The position numbers were made by a program, and so were the translations under genes. A DNA stretch of 64,000 nucleotides from Bacillota bacterium (GTDB taxonomy: Bacteria; Bacillota; Clostridia; Christensenellales; UBA1431), in contig JBMOLJ010000033.1 in the NCBI GenBank assembly GCA_049324235.1, positions 2,518 through 66,517 of the forward strand, in the 5' to 3' direction. Below, one piece after another: positions 1 to 10,398 of this stretch. How positions within the stretch are numbered: position 1 is the stretch's first letter; the number at the start of each line of letters is the position of its first letter. Below the pieces are notes generated by a model. The model was given only the letters and a program-made list of their open reading frames with translations, was not told the origin of the DNA and did no database searches.

Positions 1-564
1 CTCATCGGGACATCCTGGGAGCGGCTGCACCAGCACGCCGCCTGAACGCAGCACGCGCATGTCGACGTCCACCAGGACGCCAAGGTAAGCAAGCGTCGGC
101 TGTTGCTGCGAGAGCAGAAAATGCGAGGCGATGTCCTCGGCCACTTCCCCGGAAACAAGCGCGGTCTTGCCGCAATACGGTTCGCCTTTCCCCGTATCGG
201 TGACTACCGACAGCGTGCCCTCTTTTCCCACCGCGCCGCCTACGTCCAGCTTGCCCTTTGCATTCAGCGGCAGGTCGACATGCGGGTTCTCCACGTAGCC
301 CTTTACCTCTCCGTTGGGGCGCGCGACAACCACCACGTTCCCTGCCGGGCCGTTCCCGCTGAACACAAGCGAGACCGACCCCTGCGCGTGCTTGACGGGT
401 AAGGCCATCAACAGAGCACCCGTCATCGCCCGGCCCAGCGCCGCCGAGCAGACCGGCCATGTGTCATGAATTCTTTGCGCCTCAGCGGTGAGGCGCGTCG
501 TGTTTGCCGCCAGTATCGAGACGTTTCCGCCGCAAATTAATGCGCGGAGCAATTCGTCTTTCAT
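1..564 (-). CDS. hslO: Hsp33 family redox-regulated chaperone (3' end outside window)
   Basis: Frame is open from ATG 564..562 to the window edge and is absent from the supplied ORF track. Translates MKDELLRALICGGNVSILAANTTRLTAEAQRIHDTWPVCSAALGRAMTGALLMA...NAKGKLDVGGAVGKEGTLSVVTDTGKGEPYCGKTALVSGEVAEDIASHF, a typical Hsp33 N-domain. Confidence 0.8.
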   Translation of the reverse strand, partial: MKDELLRALICGGNVSILAANTTRLTAEAQRIHDTWPVCSAALGRAMTGALLMALPVKHAQGSVSLVFSGNGPAGNVVVVARPNGEVKGYVENPHVDLPLNAKGKLDVGGAVGKEGTLSVVTDTGKGEPYCGKTALVSGEVAEDIASHFLLSQQQPTLAYLGVLVDVDMRVLRSGGVLVQPLPGCPDE

Positions 565-588
565 ATGTTATGCTTCCTCAAAAGCAGA

Positions 589-1335
589 TTAAACCTTTCT
601 TGCAATGATCTGCCATCTTTCGTCGTTTTTCCCGGCGGGGTCCGTACGCAAAAACGCGTACGCCCCCAGGGTCTTGAGTCCTGATTTTTGTAATCCCTGT
701 TCCAGCTCTTCAAGCGTGTGCGCGCGCTGCACATGTTCTTCCTCGTAGCGCCTGTAGCACGCATCCGCTTCTTTTATAAAAAGCGTCAGCTGCATCGTGC
801 AGATGCCGGTTTCCGCTTCGTATGCGTTAAACCAGATATAGGCCGCGCCTTCCGTTTCATCGGCGAACGTGTTTTCCCCGATTACGTTTTCAAACTTATA
901 GGGCGTGCTCACGTCAAAGAGCAGGAGGCCGCCCTGTTTCAGCGCGCGCGCCGCGCACGCAAAGAACTTGTTTGCGTCCTGTGTGGTCGTGAGGTAGTTC
1001 ACGCCGTCCAGGGAGCAGTTGACCACGCTGACCGGCTTATGCAGCGACAGTTCGCGCAAATCCTGGCATATAAACCCGATCGGCTGCCCCTGCATACGCG
1101 CTTTTTCGGCGGCCCGCCCCAGCATTGCGGGCGATGCGTCCGCGCCCGTTACCGCAAACCCCGCTTTGGACAAAAGCACGGTTAAACTGCCGGTACCGCA
1201 TGCGGCGTCCAGGAGCGTATTGTCCGGCGCGCCGTTTTCGCGGATCAGACCGATGATATAGGCTGCCCAGGCTTCATAGTCCACATCGGACATCAGCGCA
1301 TCGTAACAGGCCGCAAAAGCCTCGTATGGAAGCAT
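589..1335 (-). CDS. class I SAM-dependent methyltransferase
   Basis: Motif I LDAACGTGSLTVLL. Start trimmed to MLPYEAF because ATG 1335 overlaps the TAA of the upstream gene (TAATG coupling). Confidence 0.75.
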   Translation of the reverse strand: MLPYEAFAACYDALMSDVDYEAWAAYIIGLIRENGAPDNTLLDAACGTGSLTVLLSKAGFAVTGADASPAMLGRAAEKARMQGQPIGFICQDLRELSLHKPVSVVNCSLDGVNYLTTTQDANKFFACAARALKQGGLLLFDVSTPYKFENVIGENTFADETEGAAYIWFNAYEAETGICTMQLTLFIKEADACYRRYEEEHVQRAHTLEELEQGLQKSGLKTLGAYAFLRTDPAGKNDERWQIIARKV

Positions 1336-2489
1336 TATACCATCCCCTCGCAAAACGCGATACGCCAAAATGCTTCCAGCCCGAAAACCAGAGCTTCCTC
1401 GTCAAAATCAAAACGCGGCGTATGCAGCGCATGCACGAACCCCTTTTCCTCGTTCCTGCATCCAAGGAACATGAACAGTCCCGGCACTTCGCGCTGGTAA
1501 TAGGAGAAATCCTCAGCCGTCATCAGCGGTACAGGCTCCATTGCCAGTTCGCCCAATAATTCCCGGGCCTTCAACGCCAGTTTTTCGTCGTTTGCGACCT
1601 GCGGTGCATACAGATTCTCGGTGAACGCCGCGGTAACGCCCATACCGGCTTCCAGCCCCGATAAAAGCGCCTTTATCCTGGTTTTCGTGTTCTCGTACAC
1701 AGCCCGGGAGTAGCTCCGCGCGGTTCCCTGCAAAAGCACCTCGCGCGCGACGATATTGCGCGCCTCGCCGCCGGTAATCCTGCCCACCGACACGACACAC
1801 GCCTCAAAAGGGTCGGTATTGCGCGCAACTATCCCCTGCAGCTGCACCATCAGATGCGAAGCGGCCAGCAGGGCGTCAACGCCCTGATGCGGCAGCGCTG
1901 CGTGTACGCTCCGGCCGGTTATGGCAATATCGAATTCACACGTTGCGGCCATCAGCGCTCCGGCCCGTATCCCGATGCGTCCCTGCGGTATGTGCGGCAT
2001 GAGATGCAAGCCGAACACCGCGTCTACCTTCGGGTTATCGAGCACGCCCGCCGCGACCATGCTTTTTGCGCCGCCTCCGCCTTCCTCGGCGGGCTGAAAC
2101 AAAAGGACGATGTTATAGAGCATCCGGTCACGGCTTGTGCCAAGCAGGCGGGCAAAGGCCAGCAAAATGGCCATGTGCCCGTCGTGTCCGCAGGCATGCA
2201 TGAATCCCGGCGTTTGTGAGGCATACGCCACATCGTTTTCTTCACATATGCTCAGGGCGTCCATGTCGGCCCTGAAGCAAAGCGTATTCGCGGCTCCAGA
2301 AGCCAGGAATACCGCTTTCACCCCCGTACCGATGCATTCCACCGAGTCTGCCCCGGTTTCTTTCAGGCAGTCCAGTATGAACTGCTGCGTCTTAAACTCC
2401 GCCCTCCCCGCTTCCGGTATGCGGTGCAATTCCCTGCGCATGTCACGGAGAAGGTCTGCGGTCCGGGATGATATGGGACTTTGATTCAT
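1335..2489 (-). CDS. M20D family amidohydrolase (possibly N-acetyl-diaminopimelate deacetylase-like)
   Basis: HACGHDGH and QPAEEGGGGA metal-site motifs, 384 aa. Sits divergent to the lysine-riboswitch DAP operon. The specific substrate is not supported. Confidence 0.75.
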   Translation of the reverse strand: MNQSPISSRTADLLRDMRRELHRIPEAGRAEFKTQQFILDCLKETGADSVECIGTGVKAVFLASGAANTLCFRADMDALSICEENDVAYASQTPGFMHACGHDGHMAILLAFARLLGTSRDRMLYNIVLLFQPAEEGGGGAKSMVAAGVLDNPKVDAVFGLHLMPHIPQGRIGIRAGALMAATCEFDIAITGRSVHAALPHQGVDALLAASHLMVQLQGIVARNTDPFEACVVSVGRITGGEARNIVAREVLLQGTARSYSRAVYENTKTRIKALLSGLEAGMGVTAAFTENLYAPQVANDEKLALKARELLGELAMEPVPLMTAEDFSYYQREVPGLFMFLGCRNEEKGFVHALHTPRFDFDEEALVFGLEAFWRIAFCEGMV

Positions 2490-2643
2490 TAGCGCGCCTC
2501 CCTTTGCCTGTGCTTAAATAATACCCCATTTGAAGGCTTATTTCAACGAATCCGGCCGCATAACAGAAATTTTTGCTTAATTGGCGGCTGCCCTTCCCCA
2601 CAACCTGTTTTTGCACTGGCAGTTTTTATCTGTGCAAAACATG

Positions 2644-2672
2644 TTGACTTTAACGAACAAAGGTGGTATAGT
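2644..2672 (+). promoter_or_regulatory. sigma-A type promoter of the lysine-riboswitch leader
   Basis: TTGACT (2644..2649), 17-nt spacer, TATAGT (2667..2672). Confidence 0.5.
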
Positions 2673-2687
2673 CCTGTTACGCATAAG

Positions 2688-2858
2688 CAGATTTGAGGCG
2701 CGGCCTTCATGAGTATCCGTATCAAGTGCGTTACGGCACGATGCGATGGGGTGAAAGGGAATGCCGCCGAAGGGTTCCGCCCGTAACCGGCGTTTTACCC
2801 TGGGTACACGGTTAACAGCCCTGTAACTGCCATCACGAATGATGGAGCGCTTGTCTGT
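2688..2858 (+). promoter_or_regulatory. lysine riboswitch (L-box) aptamer
   Basis: Conserved L-box blocks in order: TTGAGGCGC, GGGGTGAAAGGGAATGCCGCCGAAGGG, CTGGGT, CCCTGTAACTGCC, GATGGAGCGCTT. Lies directly upstream of asd-dapA-dapB. Confidence 0.8.
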
Positions 2859-2912
2859 TTGGCTTTGGGAGTTTCCGTTTTTATCGGAAGTCCCGGTCAT
2901 TCTTTTTACTAA

Positions 2913-2940
2913 GCGCGCCGGATTCGGCGTTTTTTATTTT
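2913..2940 (+). terminator. riboswitch expression-platform terminator
   Basis: Short hairpin CGCCG-GATT-CGGCG followed by TTTTTTATTTTATTTT, 23 nt before the asd ATG. A second weak hairpin lies at about 2866..2895. Confidence 0.5.
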
Positions 2941-2962
2941 ATTTTAAGGAGTCGAGGTTTTC

Positions 2963-3964
<1,002 letters not shown>

Positions 3965-4011
3965 TACGTCAGGAAACAAATATGTTTAATGTAATGAAAG
4001 GAAGTGTAGCC

Positions 4012-4899
4012 ATGAGTATCTTTACCGGTTCGGGCGTTGCCATCGTCACACCCTTCAGTGAAAGCGGCGTCAATCTCGATGTCTTTGGCAGGCTGATCGA
4101 TTTCCAGATCGAACAGGGTACCGATGCGATCATCGTATGCGGCACAACCGGCGAGCCGTCTACCATGACCACACAGGAAAAGGAAACGCTTATCGGCTTT
4201 GCGGTTGAGCATGTGAACGGGCGCGTCCCCGTTGTGGCAGGAACGGGCGGAAACAACACCGCCGCCGTCATTCAGGCCTCAAAGAGGGCGCAGGTGCTGG
4301 GCGCCGACGCGCTGTTGATCGTTACGCCGTATTACAACAAGTGCACGCAGGCCGGAGCCGTCGCGCATTACACCGCCGTCGCCGACGCCGTCGACCTGCC
4401 CATCATCGTCTATAACGTGCCTTCGCGCACAGGCCTCAATATCCTGCCCGAGACCCTTTTAAAGATGTCGGAGCATCCCAACATTGCGGCCATGAAGGAG
4501 GCCAGCGCCAACATCACGCAGATCACCGAAATGTTCAGGCTCTGCGCGGATAACATGGATTTCTATTCGGGCAACGACGACCACATCTTCCCGCTGCTCG
4601 CGTTAGGCGGCAAGGGCGTGATCTCCGTCGTCGCAAACGTAGCGCCCCGGGACACGCACGAGCTGGTCGCAACTTTCATGAAGGGCGACATCGCCGCTTC
4701 GCGCGCGCTCCAGTTCAAGCTCAATCCGCTGGTGCAGGCGCTCTTTACCGAAGTGAACCCCATCCCCGCAAAGGCCGCGCTCAACCTCATGGGCTTTGCC
4801 ATGGGCGATCCGCGCATGCCGCTCACGCCCATCAGCCAGGGGAACCTTGAAAAGCTAAAGACAGCCATGGTTAACTATGGCATCCAAATCAAAGGATGA
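4012..4899 (+). CDS. dapA: 4-hydroxy-tetrahydrodipicolinate synthase
   Basis: MSIFTGSGVAIVTPF, GTTGE, and YNVPSRTG motifs. Start taken at ATG 4012 after GAAAGGAAG; ATG 3982 is an alternative. Confidence 0.95.
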   Translation: MSIFTGSGVAIVTPFSESGVNLDVFGRLIDFQIEQGTDAIIVCGTTGEPSTMTTQEKETLIGFAVEHVNGRVPVVAGTGGNNTAAVIQASKRAQVLGADALLIVTPYYNKCTQAGAVAHYTAVADAVDLPIIVYNVPSRTGLNILPETLLKMSEHPNIAAMKEASANITQITEMFRLCADNMDFYSGNDDHIFPLLALGGKGVISVVANVAPRDTHELVATFMKGDIAASRALQFKLNPLVQALFTEVNPIPAKAALNLMGFAMGDPRMPLTPISQGNLEKLKTAMVNYGIQIKG

Positions 4900-4906
4900 A
4901 ACGCAT

Positions 4907-6127
4907 ATGAATATAATCATTAACGGGATCAACGGGGGCATGGGCCAGAATATCATAAAGGCGGTGCAGGCTACGCCCGGCTTCACGGTCGTGGCCGGAA
5001 TCGACCGCATGCCCGAAGCGTATCAGAACCCATGCCCCGTGTTTTCGGACCTCAGCGCGTGCGATATTACGGGTGACGTTGTGATTGATTTTTCGAGGCC
5101 GGACGCGCTCCCCTCCATCCTCGCCTACTGCGACAGGACCGGCGCGCGTCCGGTCATCGCCACCACCGGCCTTTCGCAGGATGATCTTGCCTTGATGGCC
5201 GAATACGCAAAACGCTTCCCCATATTCCATACCGCGAACATGTCCCTGGGCGTGAACCTGCAGGTGAGCCTCGCGCGTTTTGCCGCCGCTTTTCTGGGCG
5301 ACGATTTTGAAATCGAGCTGATCGAAAAACACCACCACCGCAAGGTGGACGCGCCCAGCGGCACGGCGCTGATGCTTGCCAACAACATCAACGAGGTGGC
5401 CGGAGGGAAAAAGGAATTCGTATTCGGCCGCCACACCAAGACCGAGAAGCGCACGCGCAACGAACTGGGCATCCACGCGATTCGCGGCGGGACCATCGTA
5501 GGCGAGCATGAAATACTGTTCATCGGGAACGACGAGATCATCGAGCTGACGCACAAGGCGCTCTCAAGGCAGGTGTTCGCGCAGGGCGCGCTGCGCGCCG
5601 CAGCTTTCATCATGGAGCAGAAGGAACCGCGCATCTATAACATGAACGACATCGTAAATGCGCATAAGGCGGTCACGCACCTGTATACGGACGCTAACCA
5701 GGCGGTGGTCACCCTGCACGGCCTTGATGCGGGCACGCATGCCCGCGCGAAGCTGTTTGACGCGCTCGCCGACGAGAAAGTCGTCATCGATATGATCAGC
5801 CAGAGTGCGCCGAAAGGGGACAAACTCGGCATTTCCTTCTCCTGCACGCGCGATGCGCTGGAACCCGCGCTTCTGGCCATCAACCGGACCTTCCCCGACG
5901 AACGGGACCTCACCATCGATGTGAACGATTCGGTCACAAAGCTGGTGGTGGCCGGCCCGGGCATGGAGCATCAGGCCGGTGTAACAGCGCGCCTGTTCGA
6001 CGCGCTGGCAGGTGAAAACATCGCCGTCTACGCCGTAACTACCAGCGAAACGAAGATTGCCTGTTGCGTGCATCAGGACGATGCCGAACGCGCCAAGAAC
6101 GCCATCATTTCCGCATTTTCGCTGTAA
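4907..6127 (+). CDS. dapB: 4-hydroxy-tetrahydrodipicolinate reductase fused to two C-terminal ACT domains
   Basis: About 250 aa of DapB (MNIIINGINGGMGQ, EKHHHRKVDAPSGTA), then about 155 aa resembling the aspartokinase regulatory ACT pair (VVTLHGLDAGTHARAKLFDALADEKVVIDMISQS ... KLVVAGPGMEHQAGVTARLFDALAGENIAVYAVTTSETKIACCV). Confidence 0.85.
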   Translation: MNIIINGINGGMGQNIIKAVQATPGFTVVAGIDRMPEAYQNPCPVFSDLSACDITGDVVIDFSRPDALPSILAYCDRTGARPVIATTGLSQDDLALMAEYAKRFPIFHTANMSLGVNLQVSLARFAAAFLGDDFEIELIEKHHHRKVDAPSGTALMLANNINEVAGGKKEFVFGRHTKTEKRTRNELGIHAIRGGTIVGEHEILFIGNDEIIELTHKALSRQVFAQGALRAAAFIMEQKEPRIYNMNDIVNAHKAVTHLYTDANQAVVTLHGLDAGTHARAKLFDALADEKVVIDMISQSAPKGDKLGISFSCTRDALEPALLAINRTFPDERDLTIDVNDSVTKLVVAGPGMEHQAGVTARLFDALAGENIAVYAVTTSETKIACCVHQDDAERAKNAIISAFSL

Positions 6128-6132
6128 TACGC

Positions 6133-6168
6133 AAAAACGCCACGGACAAAATATTGTCCGCGGCGTTT
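6133..6168. terminator. hairpin between convergent dapB and lipoprotein gene
   Basis: AAACGCC-CGGACAA / TTGTCCG-GGCGTTT stem of about 14 bp with one mismatch and a 4-nt loop. The T tract is short. Confidence 0.55.
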
Positions 6169-6742
6169 ACCCGATCTCCAGGGAAAGCATAATGCTGCTG
6201 AGGGCCGGCTCCACGGTTGTCAATGCCGTCGTATCGGCAGTGAGCACAAAGGAGTATTCATACCCGTCCCTGAAAAGGATGATTGCATCCGAAGTCTGCT
6301 GCGTCTGCGAACCCGCAGGGAAAAACGTATAGAGCATCTCAATGCCCGAATAATCGCCGAGCTCATAATAGTTGTTCCTCAAGGTAATATCCGCGTCAGG
6401 ATAATAACGCCTGACCGACTTCTCCAGCGCAGTCAGCTCTTTTTTGTATGTATAATCAGGATGGATGCGGAAAGTTGCGGTGAACTCTATGGTTGCATTG
6501 AGGCTATTGCATGTAAGCGTATACAGCCCGGCGTCGGATTTCACCGTCCATCCCGCCGGGACAGCGAACCGCGCGGGCGGATTCTCAATCTGTACAGTAT
6601 CCAGCGCTTCGCCCGGATCCGCCGTCTGCGTTGCATAAGGCGTCTGCGCGCTTGTCGCGATTGCGGAGTATTCCCGCGCGCGCGGGGCGCACCCGCAGAG
6701 CAGGCACACACAGAGAAAGACACAAAAAACCGCCTTTTTCAT
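6167..6742 (-). CDS. putative lipoprotein, unknown function
   Basis: Signal peptide with lipobox MKKAVFCVFLCVCLLCGCA. No recognisable domain. Confidence 0.6.
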   Translation of the reverse strand: MKKAVFCVFLCVCLLCGCAPRAREYSAIATSAQTPYATQTADPGEALDTVQIENPPARFAVPAGWTVKSDAGLYTLTCNSLNATIEFTATFRIHPDYTYKKELTALEKSVRRYYPDADITLRNNYYELGDYSGIEMLYTFFPAGSQTQQTSDAIILFRDGYEYSFVLTADTTALTTVEPALSSIMLSLEIG

Positions 6743-6902
6743 GACGCTTGTCCCCCTTCATCCCATAAAACACATATCGTATTAAATGCACCGTTTGTCT
6801 CGAGCGATTCGAGCACCGTGTTCAGAACGGCATTGGATGCGTCAAATATGCAGCTTCTGTGGCTTACCATGTATTCGTGGAGCGCGCAGTTCTTTGGATT
6901 TC

Positions 6903-6928
6903 AAACCGGCGTTTAAAAACGCCGGTTT
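6903..6928 (-). terminator. hairpin downstream of purD
   Basis: AAACCGGCG / CGCCGGTTT stem 10 nt after the purD stop. The U tract is weak. Confidence 0.4.
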
Positions 6929-6937
6929 GAGCAGGCG

Positions 6938-8197
6938 CTATTTATTGCCTATGTCACGCCGGTAGTGCGCGCCTTCAAAGTGTATGCCATCTACCGCTGC
7001 ATATGCCTTTTCGCGCGCGTCAGCGATGTCTTTCCCCCTGGCCGTTACGCCAAGCACGCGCCCGCCCGCGGTGACGGTTCTTCCGTCCTTTATCTGCGTG
7101 CCCGCGTGGAAAACAATGATATCGTCTTTCCCTTCCAGCGCGTCCAGGCCGGTGATTGCATACCCCTTTTCATACGGACCCGGATACCCGCCCGACGCCA
7201 TCACCACGCAGACGCACGCGCCCTGCTCCCATTCCACGTCCAGCGTGTCCAGCGTACCGTCGATCGTGGCGTTCATGATATCGATAAGGTCGGTCTTTAG
7301 TAGCGGCAGCACCACCTGCGTTTCGGGGTCGCCGAAGCGCGCGTTGTATTCGAGCACGCGCGGGCCGTCCTTTGTCAGCATCAGGCCGTAATACAGCACG
7401 CCCTTAAACGGCGCGCCTTCTTTGGCCATGGCTTCCACCGTGGGCAGAAGGATGCTGCGCGTAACCTCCTCCTCAACCTCCGGCGTATACTTGGGCGTGG
7501 GCGCGAACGTGCCCATGCCGCCCGTGTTCGGACCTTCGTCCCTGTCGTATGCGCGCTTGTGGTCCTGCGAGGACACCATCGGCTCAATGTTCCTGCCGTC
7601 TACGAAGCACAGCACCGACACTTCCGGGCCTTGTATGAATTCCTCCACAATGACGCGCGCGCCCGATTCCCCGAAAACGCGCTCTACCATGATTTTATGC
7701 ACGGCGTTTTTCGCGTCCTCCTCCGTCTTGCAGATGATGACGCCTTTCCCCAGCGCAAGGCCGTCGGCCTTCACCACTGTCGGGTACGGGCACCTTGCCA
7801 GATAGGCAAGCGCACTTTCCGCGCTGTCGAAAACCTCGTACGCGGCGGTCGGGATGCCGTATTTCTTCATCAAATCCTTGGCAAACACCTTGCTCGATTC
7901 GATGCGCGCCGCTGAAGCGCGCGGCCCGAACGCGCGGATGCCCGCCTTTTCCAGTGCGTCGACCATGCCCAGCGCGAGCGGGTCGTCGGGCGCGACGACT
8001 ACGAGGTCAAACCGTTCTTTTTTTGCGTATTCCACCATCGCCGCAACATCGGTGGCCTTGATGGGCACGCAGTTGGCAAGCGATGCTATGCCTCCGTTCC
8101 CGGGCGCGCAGTAAAGCTCCGGTTTCTTTGCGCTTTGCGATAGTTTCCAGATAATGGCGTGCTCGCGTCCTCCGCCGCCCACAACAAGGATTTTCAT
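6938..8197 (-). CDS. purD: phosphoribosylamine-glycine ligase
   Basis: MKILVVGGGGREHAI, ATP-grasp fold. 419 aa. Confidence 0.95.
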   Translation of the reverse strand: MKILVVGGGGREHAIIWKLSQSAKKPELYCAPGNGGIASLANCVPIKATDVAAMVEYAKKERFDLVVVAPDDPLALGMVDALEKAGIRAFGPRASAARIESSKVFAKDLMKKYGIPTAAYEVFDSAESALAYLARCPYPTVVKADGLALGKGVIICKTEEDAKNAVHKIMVERVFGESGARVIVEEFIQGPEVSVLCFVDGRNIEPMVSSQDHKRAYDRDEGPNTGGMGTFAPTPKYTPEVEEEVTRSILLPTVEAMAKEGAPFKGVLYYGLMLTKDGPRVLEYNARFGDPETQVVLPLLKTDLIDIMNATIDGTLDTLDVEWEQGACVCVVMASGGYPGPYEKGYAITGLDALEGKDDIIVFHAGTQIKDGRTVTAGGRVLGVTARGKDIADAREKAYAAVDGIHFEGAHYRRDIGNK

Positions 8198-8218
8198 ATT
8201 GTCTCTCTCCCTGCTACT

Positions 8219-9763
8219 CTAATGCTTGAAATGCCGCATCCCGGTAAAGATCATGCTGATGCCGTGCGCATCGCAGGCTTCTATGCTCAAATGATCGTTT
8301 TTGGAGCCCCCCGGCTGTATGATGCAGGCAATGCCCGCCTTTGCCGCCGCCTCAACGCAATCGGGGAACGGGAAATACGCGTCCGAAGCCATGGAAGCGC
8401 CTTTTACCGCATCACCGCCGCGCTCCAGGGCCTGCTCCGCCGCCCAGATGCGGTTTACCTGCCCCGCTCCGATGCCCAGCGACTTCCCGTCCTTGCAAAC
8501 GGCGATGCCGTTTGACTTCACATGCTTGTTTACCTTGAACGCCATGATTGCGTCCTTTATCTGCTCGGGCGTAGGCTGCGCCCTGGTGACTACCTTCCAG
8601 TCTTTTTCGTCAAAGAGCTTATCGTCAATGGTCTGCACCAGCAGCCCGCCGCGCACCTTTTTCATGTCCAGCATGCCCTTGGGAATGGGCGCGTTAATAG
8701 TCGGGAGCTTAAGGAGCCGGATGTTCTTTTTCTTCGTGAGGATGGCAAGCGCCTCTGGCGAAAAGTCAGGCGCGACGATGATCTCCAGGAATATCTCATG
8801 CATTTTTTTCGCCGTTTCTTCGTCCACCACCGCGTTCGTCGCGACGATGCCGCCGAATATGGACACCGGATCAGCCTCGTACGCTTTTGTATACGCCTCC
8901 GGCAGCGTGGGCGCCAGCCCGACGCCACACGGGTTGGCGTGCTTGACCGCGATCACGGCGGTTTCGTCCCCGAATTCGTGCAGCAGCTCCAGCGCGCCGT
9001 TCGTATCGTTGATGTTGTTGTACGAAAGCTCTTTCCCGTGCAGTTGCACGGCTTCGGTCAGGCAGCCCGGACGAAAACCAATTTCGCGGTAGAACGCCGC
9101 TTGCTGGTGCGGGTTTTCGCCGTAGCGCATGTCCTGCACCTTCTCATAGGTAGCTGTAAACGTACCGCCCAGCGGGTCAAAGCCTGCTTTTTGCGCGAGA
9201 TACTGCGCGATCAGCGCATCGTACGCCGCCGTGTGCGCGAACACCTTCGCGCAAAGGTCCAGCCGTGTTTCGGGTAGTGTATCGCCGTACTCTTTGATCT
9301 CGTCCGTTACGCGCGCATAATCGGCCGCGTCCACCACCACCGTGACCGAGGCATGGTTTTTCGCCGCGGCGCGCAGCATGGTCGGTCCGCCGATATCAAT
9401 GTTCTCGATGGCTTCTTCAAAGGTTACGTCTGGCTTTAAAATCGTCTGTTTGAACGGATAGAGGTTTACAATCACGATGTCGATGGGCTTGATGCCGAGT
9501 TTATCGATCTGGTCCATGTGCTCCGCATTCTGGCGCATCGCCAGCAGCCCCGCGTGCACCGCCGGATGCAGGGTCTTCACCCTGCCGTCCAGGCACTCGG
9601 GAAACCCTGTGATCGCGGACACGTTGGTCACCTGCAGGCCCGCCTGCTCAAGCGCGGCCTGCGTCCCGCCGGTCGATACGAGTTGATACCCAAGATCTAT
9701 CAGTTCACGGGCGAAATCTACCAGCCCCGTTTTATCCGATACCGATAAAAATGCGCGTTTCAT
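8219..9763 (-). CDS. purH: bifunctional AICAR formyltransferase / IMP cyclohydrolase
   Basis: MKRAFLSVSDKTGL...GGTQAALEQAGL, KTLHP. 514 aa. Confidence 0.95.
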   Translation of the reverse strand: MKRAFLSVSDKTGLVDFARELIDLGYQLVSTGGTQAALEQAGLQVTNVSAITGFPECLDGRVKTLHPAVHAGLLAMRQNAEHMDQIDKLGIKPIDIVIVNLYPFKQTILKPDVTFEEAIENIDIGGPTMLRAAAKNHASVTVVVDAADYARVTDEIKEYGDTLPETRLDLCAKVFAHTAAYDALIAQYLAQKAGFDPLGGTFTATYEKVQDMRYGENPHQQAAFYREIGFRPGCLTEAVQLHGKELSYNNINDTNGALELLHEFGDETAVIAVKHANPCGVGLAPTLPEAYTKAYEADPVSIFGGIVATNAVVDEETAKKMHEIFLEIIVAPDFSPEALAILTKKKNIRLLKLPTINAPIPKGMLDMKKVRGGLLVQTIDDKLFDEKDWKVVTRAQPTPEQIKDAIMAFKVNKHVKSNGIAVCKDGKSLGIGAGQVNRIWAAEQALERGGDAVKGASMASDAYFPFPDCVEAAAKAGIACIIQPGGSKNDHLSIEACDAHGISMIFTGMRHFKH

Positions 9764-10398
9764 TGTCCATTCCCCTTTTCACTAATGATGACCTGCCGCC
9801 CCTCGACACGAATGCAGCCGTTTACGAAAAGCCGCACCGCTTCGGGCAAAAGCCGGTGTTCCACCTTCAAAACACGCTCCGCCAGCGCGTGCGCGTCGTC
9901 CTGCGGGTACACTTTTACGCACTCCTGCAGGATGATCGGGCCGGTGTCCGTGCCCTCATCCACAAAATGCACCGTCGCCCCCGATACCTTCACGCCGTAG
10001 CGTACCGCGGCCTCGTGCACATGCATGCCGTGATACCCCGGGCCGCAGAACGAAGGAATCAGGGCCGGATGGATGTTCATGATGGCATTTTTATAGCGCG
10101 CCACCACGCGCGCATCGAGTATCGACAAAAATCCGGCGAGCACCACCAGATCGACGCCGGCCTCGTCAAGTTCCTTTAAAATGGCCTCGTTCAGCGCCGC
10201 CCGGCTCTTTCCTTTCCGGCTTATGCATATTCCCCTGATACCATGGTTTTTCGCGCGCTCCAGCGCAAAAACGCCCGGGCGGTCCGCAATCACCACCGCG
10301 ATGCGCGCATCGATCGTGCCCGATTCAATCGCATCGATGATGGCCTGCAGGTTGCTCCCCGAGCCTGAAACAAGAACGCCGATCACTTTTTGCGGCAC
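9760..10398 (-). CDS. purN: phosphoribosylglycinamide formyltransferase
   Basis: IGVLVSGSGSNLQAI and NIHPALIPSF motifs. Start set at GTG 10398; GTG 10386 overlapping the purM stop is an alternative. Confidence 0.9.
   Translation of the reverse strand: MPQKVIGVLVSGSGSNLQAIIDAIESGTIDARIAVVIADRPGVFALERAKNHGIRGICISRKGKSRAALNEAILKELDEAGVDLVVLAGFLSILDARVVARYKNAIMNIHPALIPSFCGPGYHGMHVHEAAVRYGVKVSGATVHFVDEGTDTGPIILQECVKVYPQDDAHALAERVLKVEHRLLPEAVRLFVNGCIRVEGRQVIISEKGNGQ

Noticed and set aside
2-460. Track ORFs 2..460 (minus) and 103..402 (plus).
   Set aside because: Arg/Gly/Ala-rich translations typical of wrong-frame reading of GC-rich DNA. The Hsp33 frame (1..564, minus) explains the region.
8301-9092. 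263-aa plus-strand ORF inside purH, plus similar long antisense ORFs opposite purM, guaB and others.
   Set aside because: These are shadow ORFs antisense to clearly recognisable genes. They have low-complexity Ser/Ala/Pro/Arg composition and no RBS.
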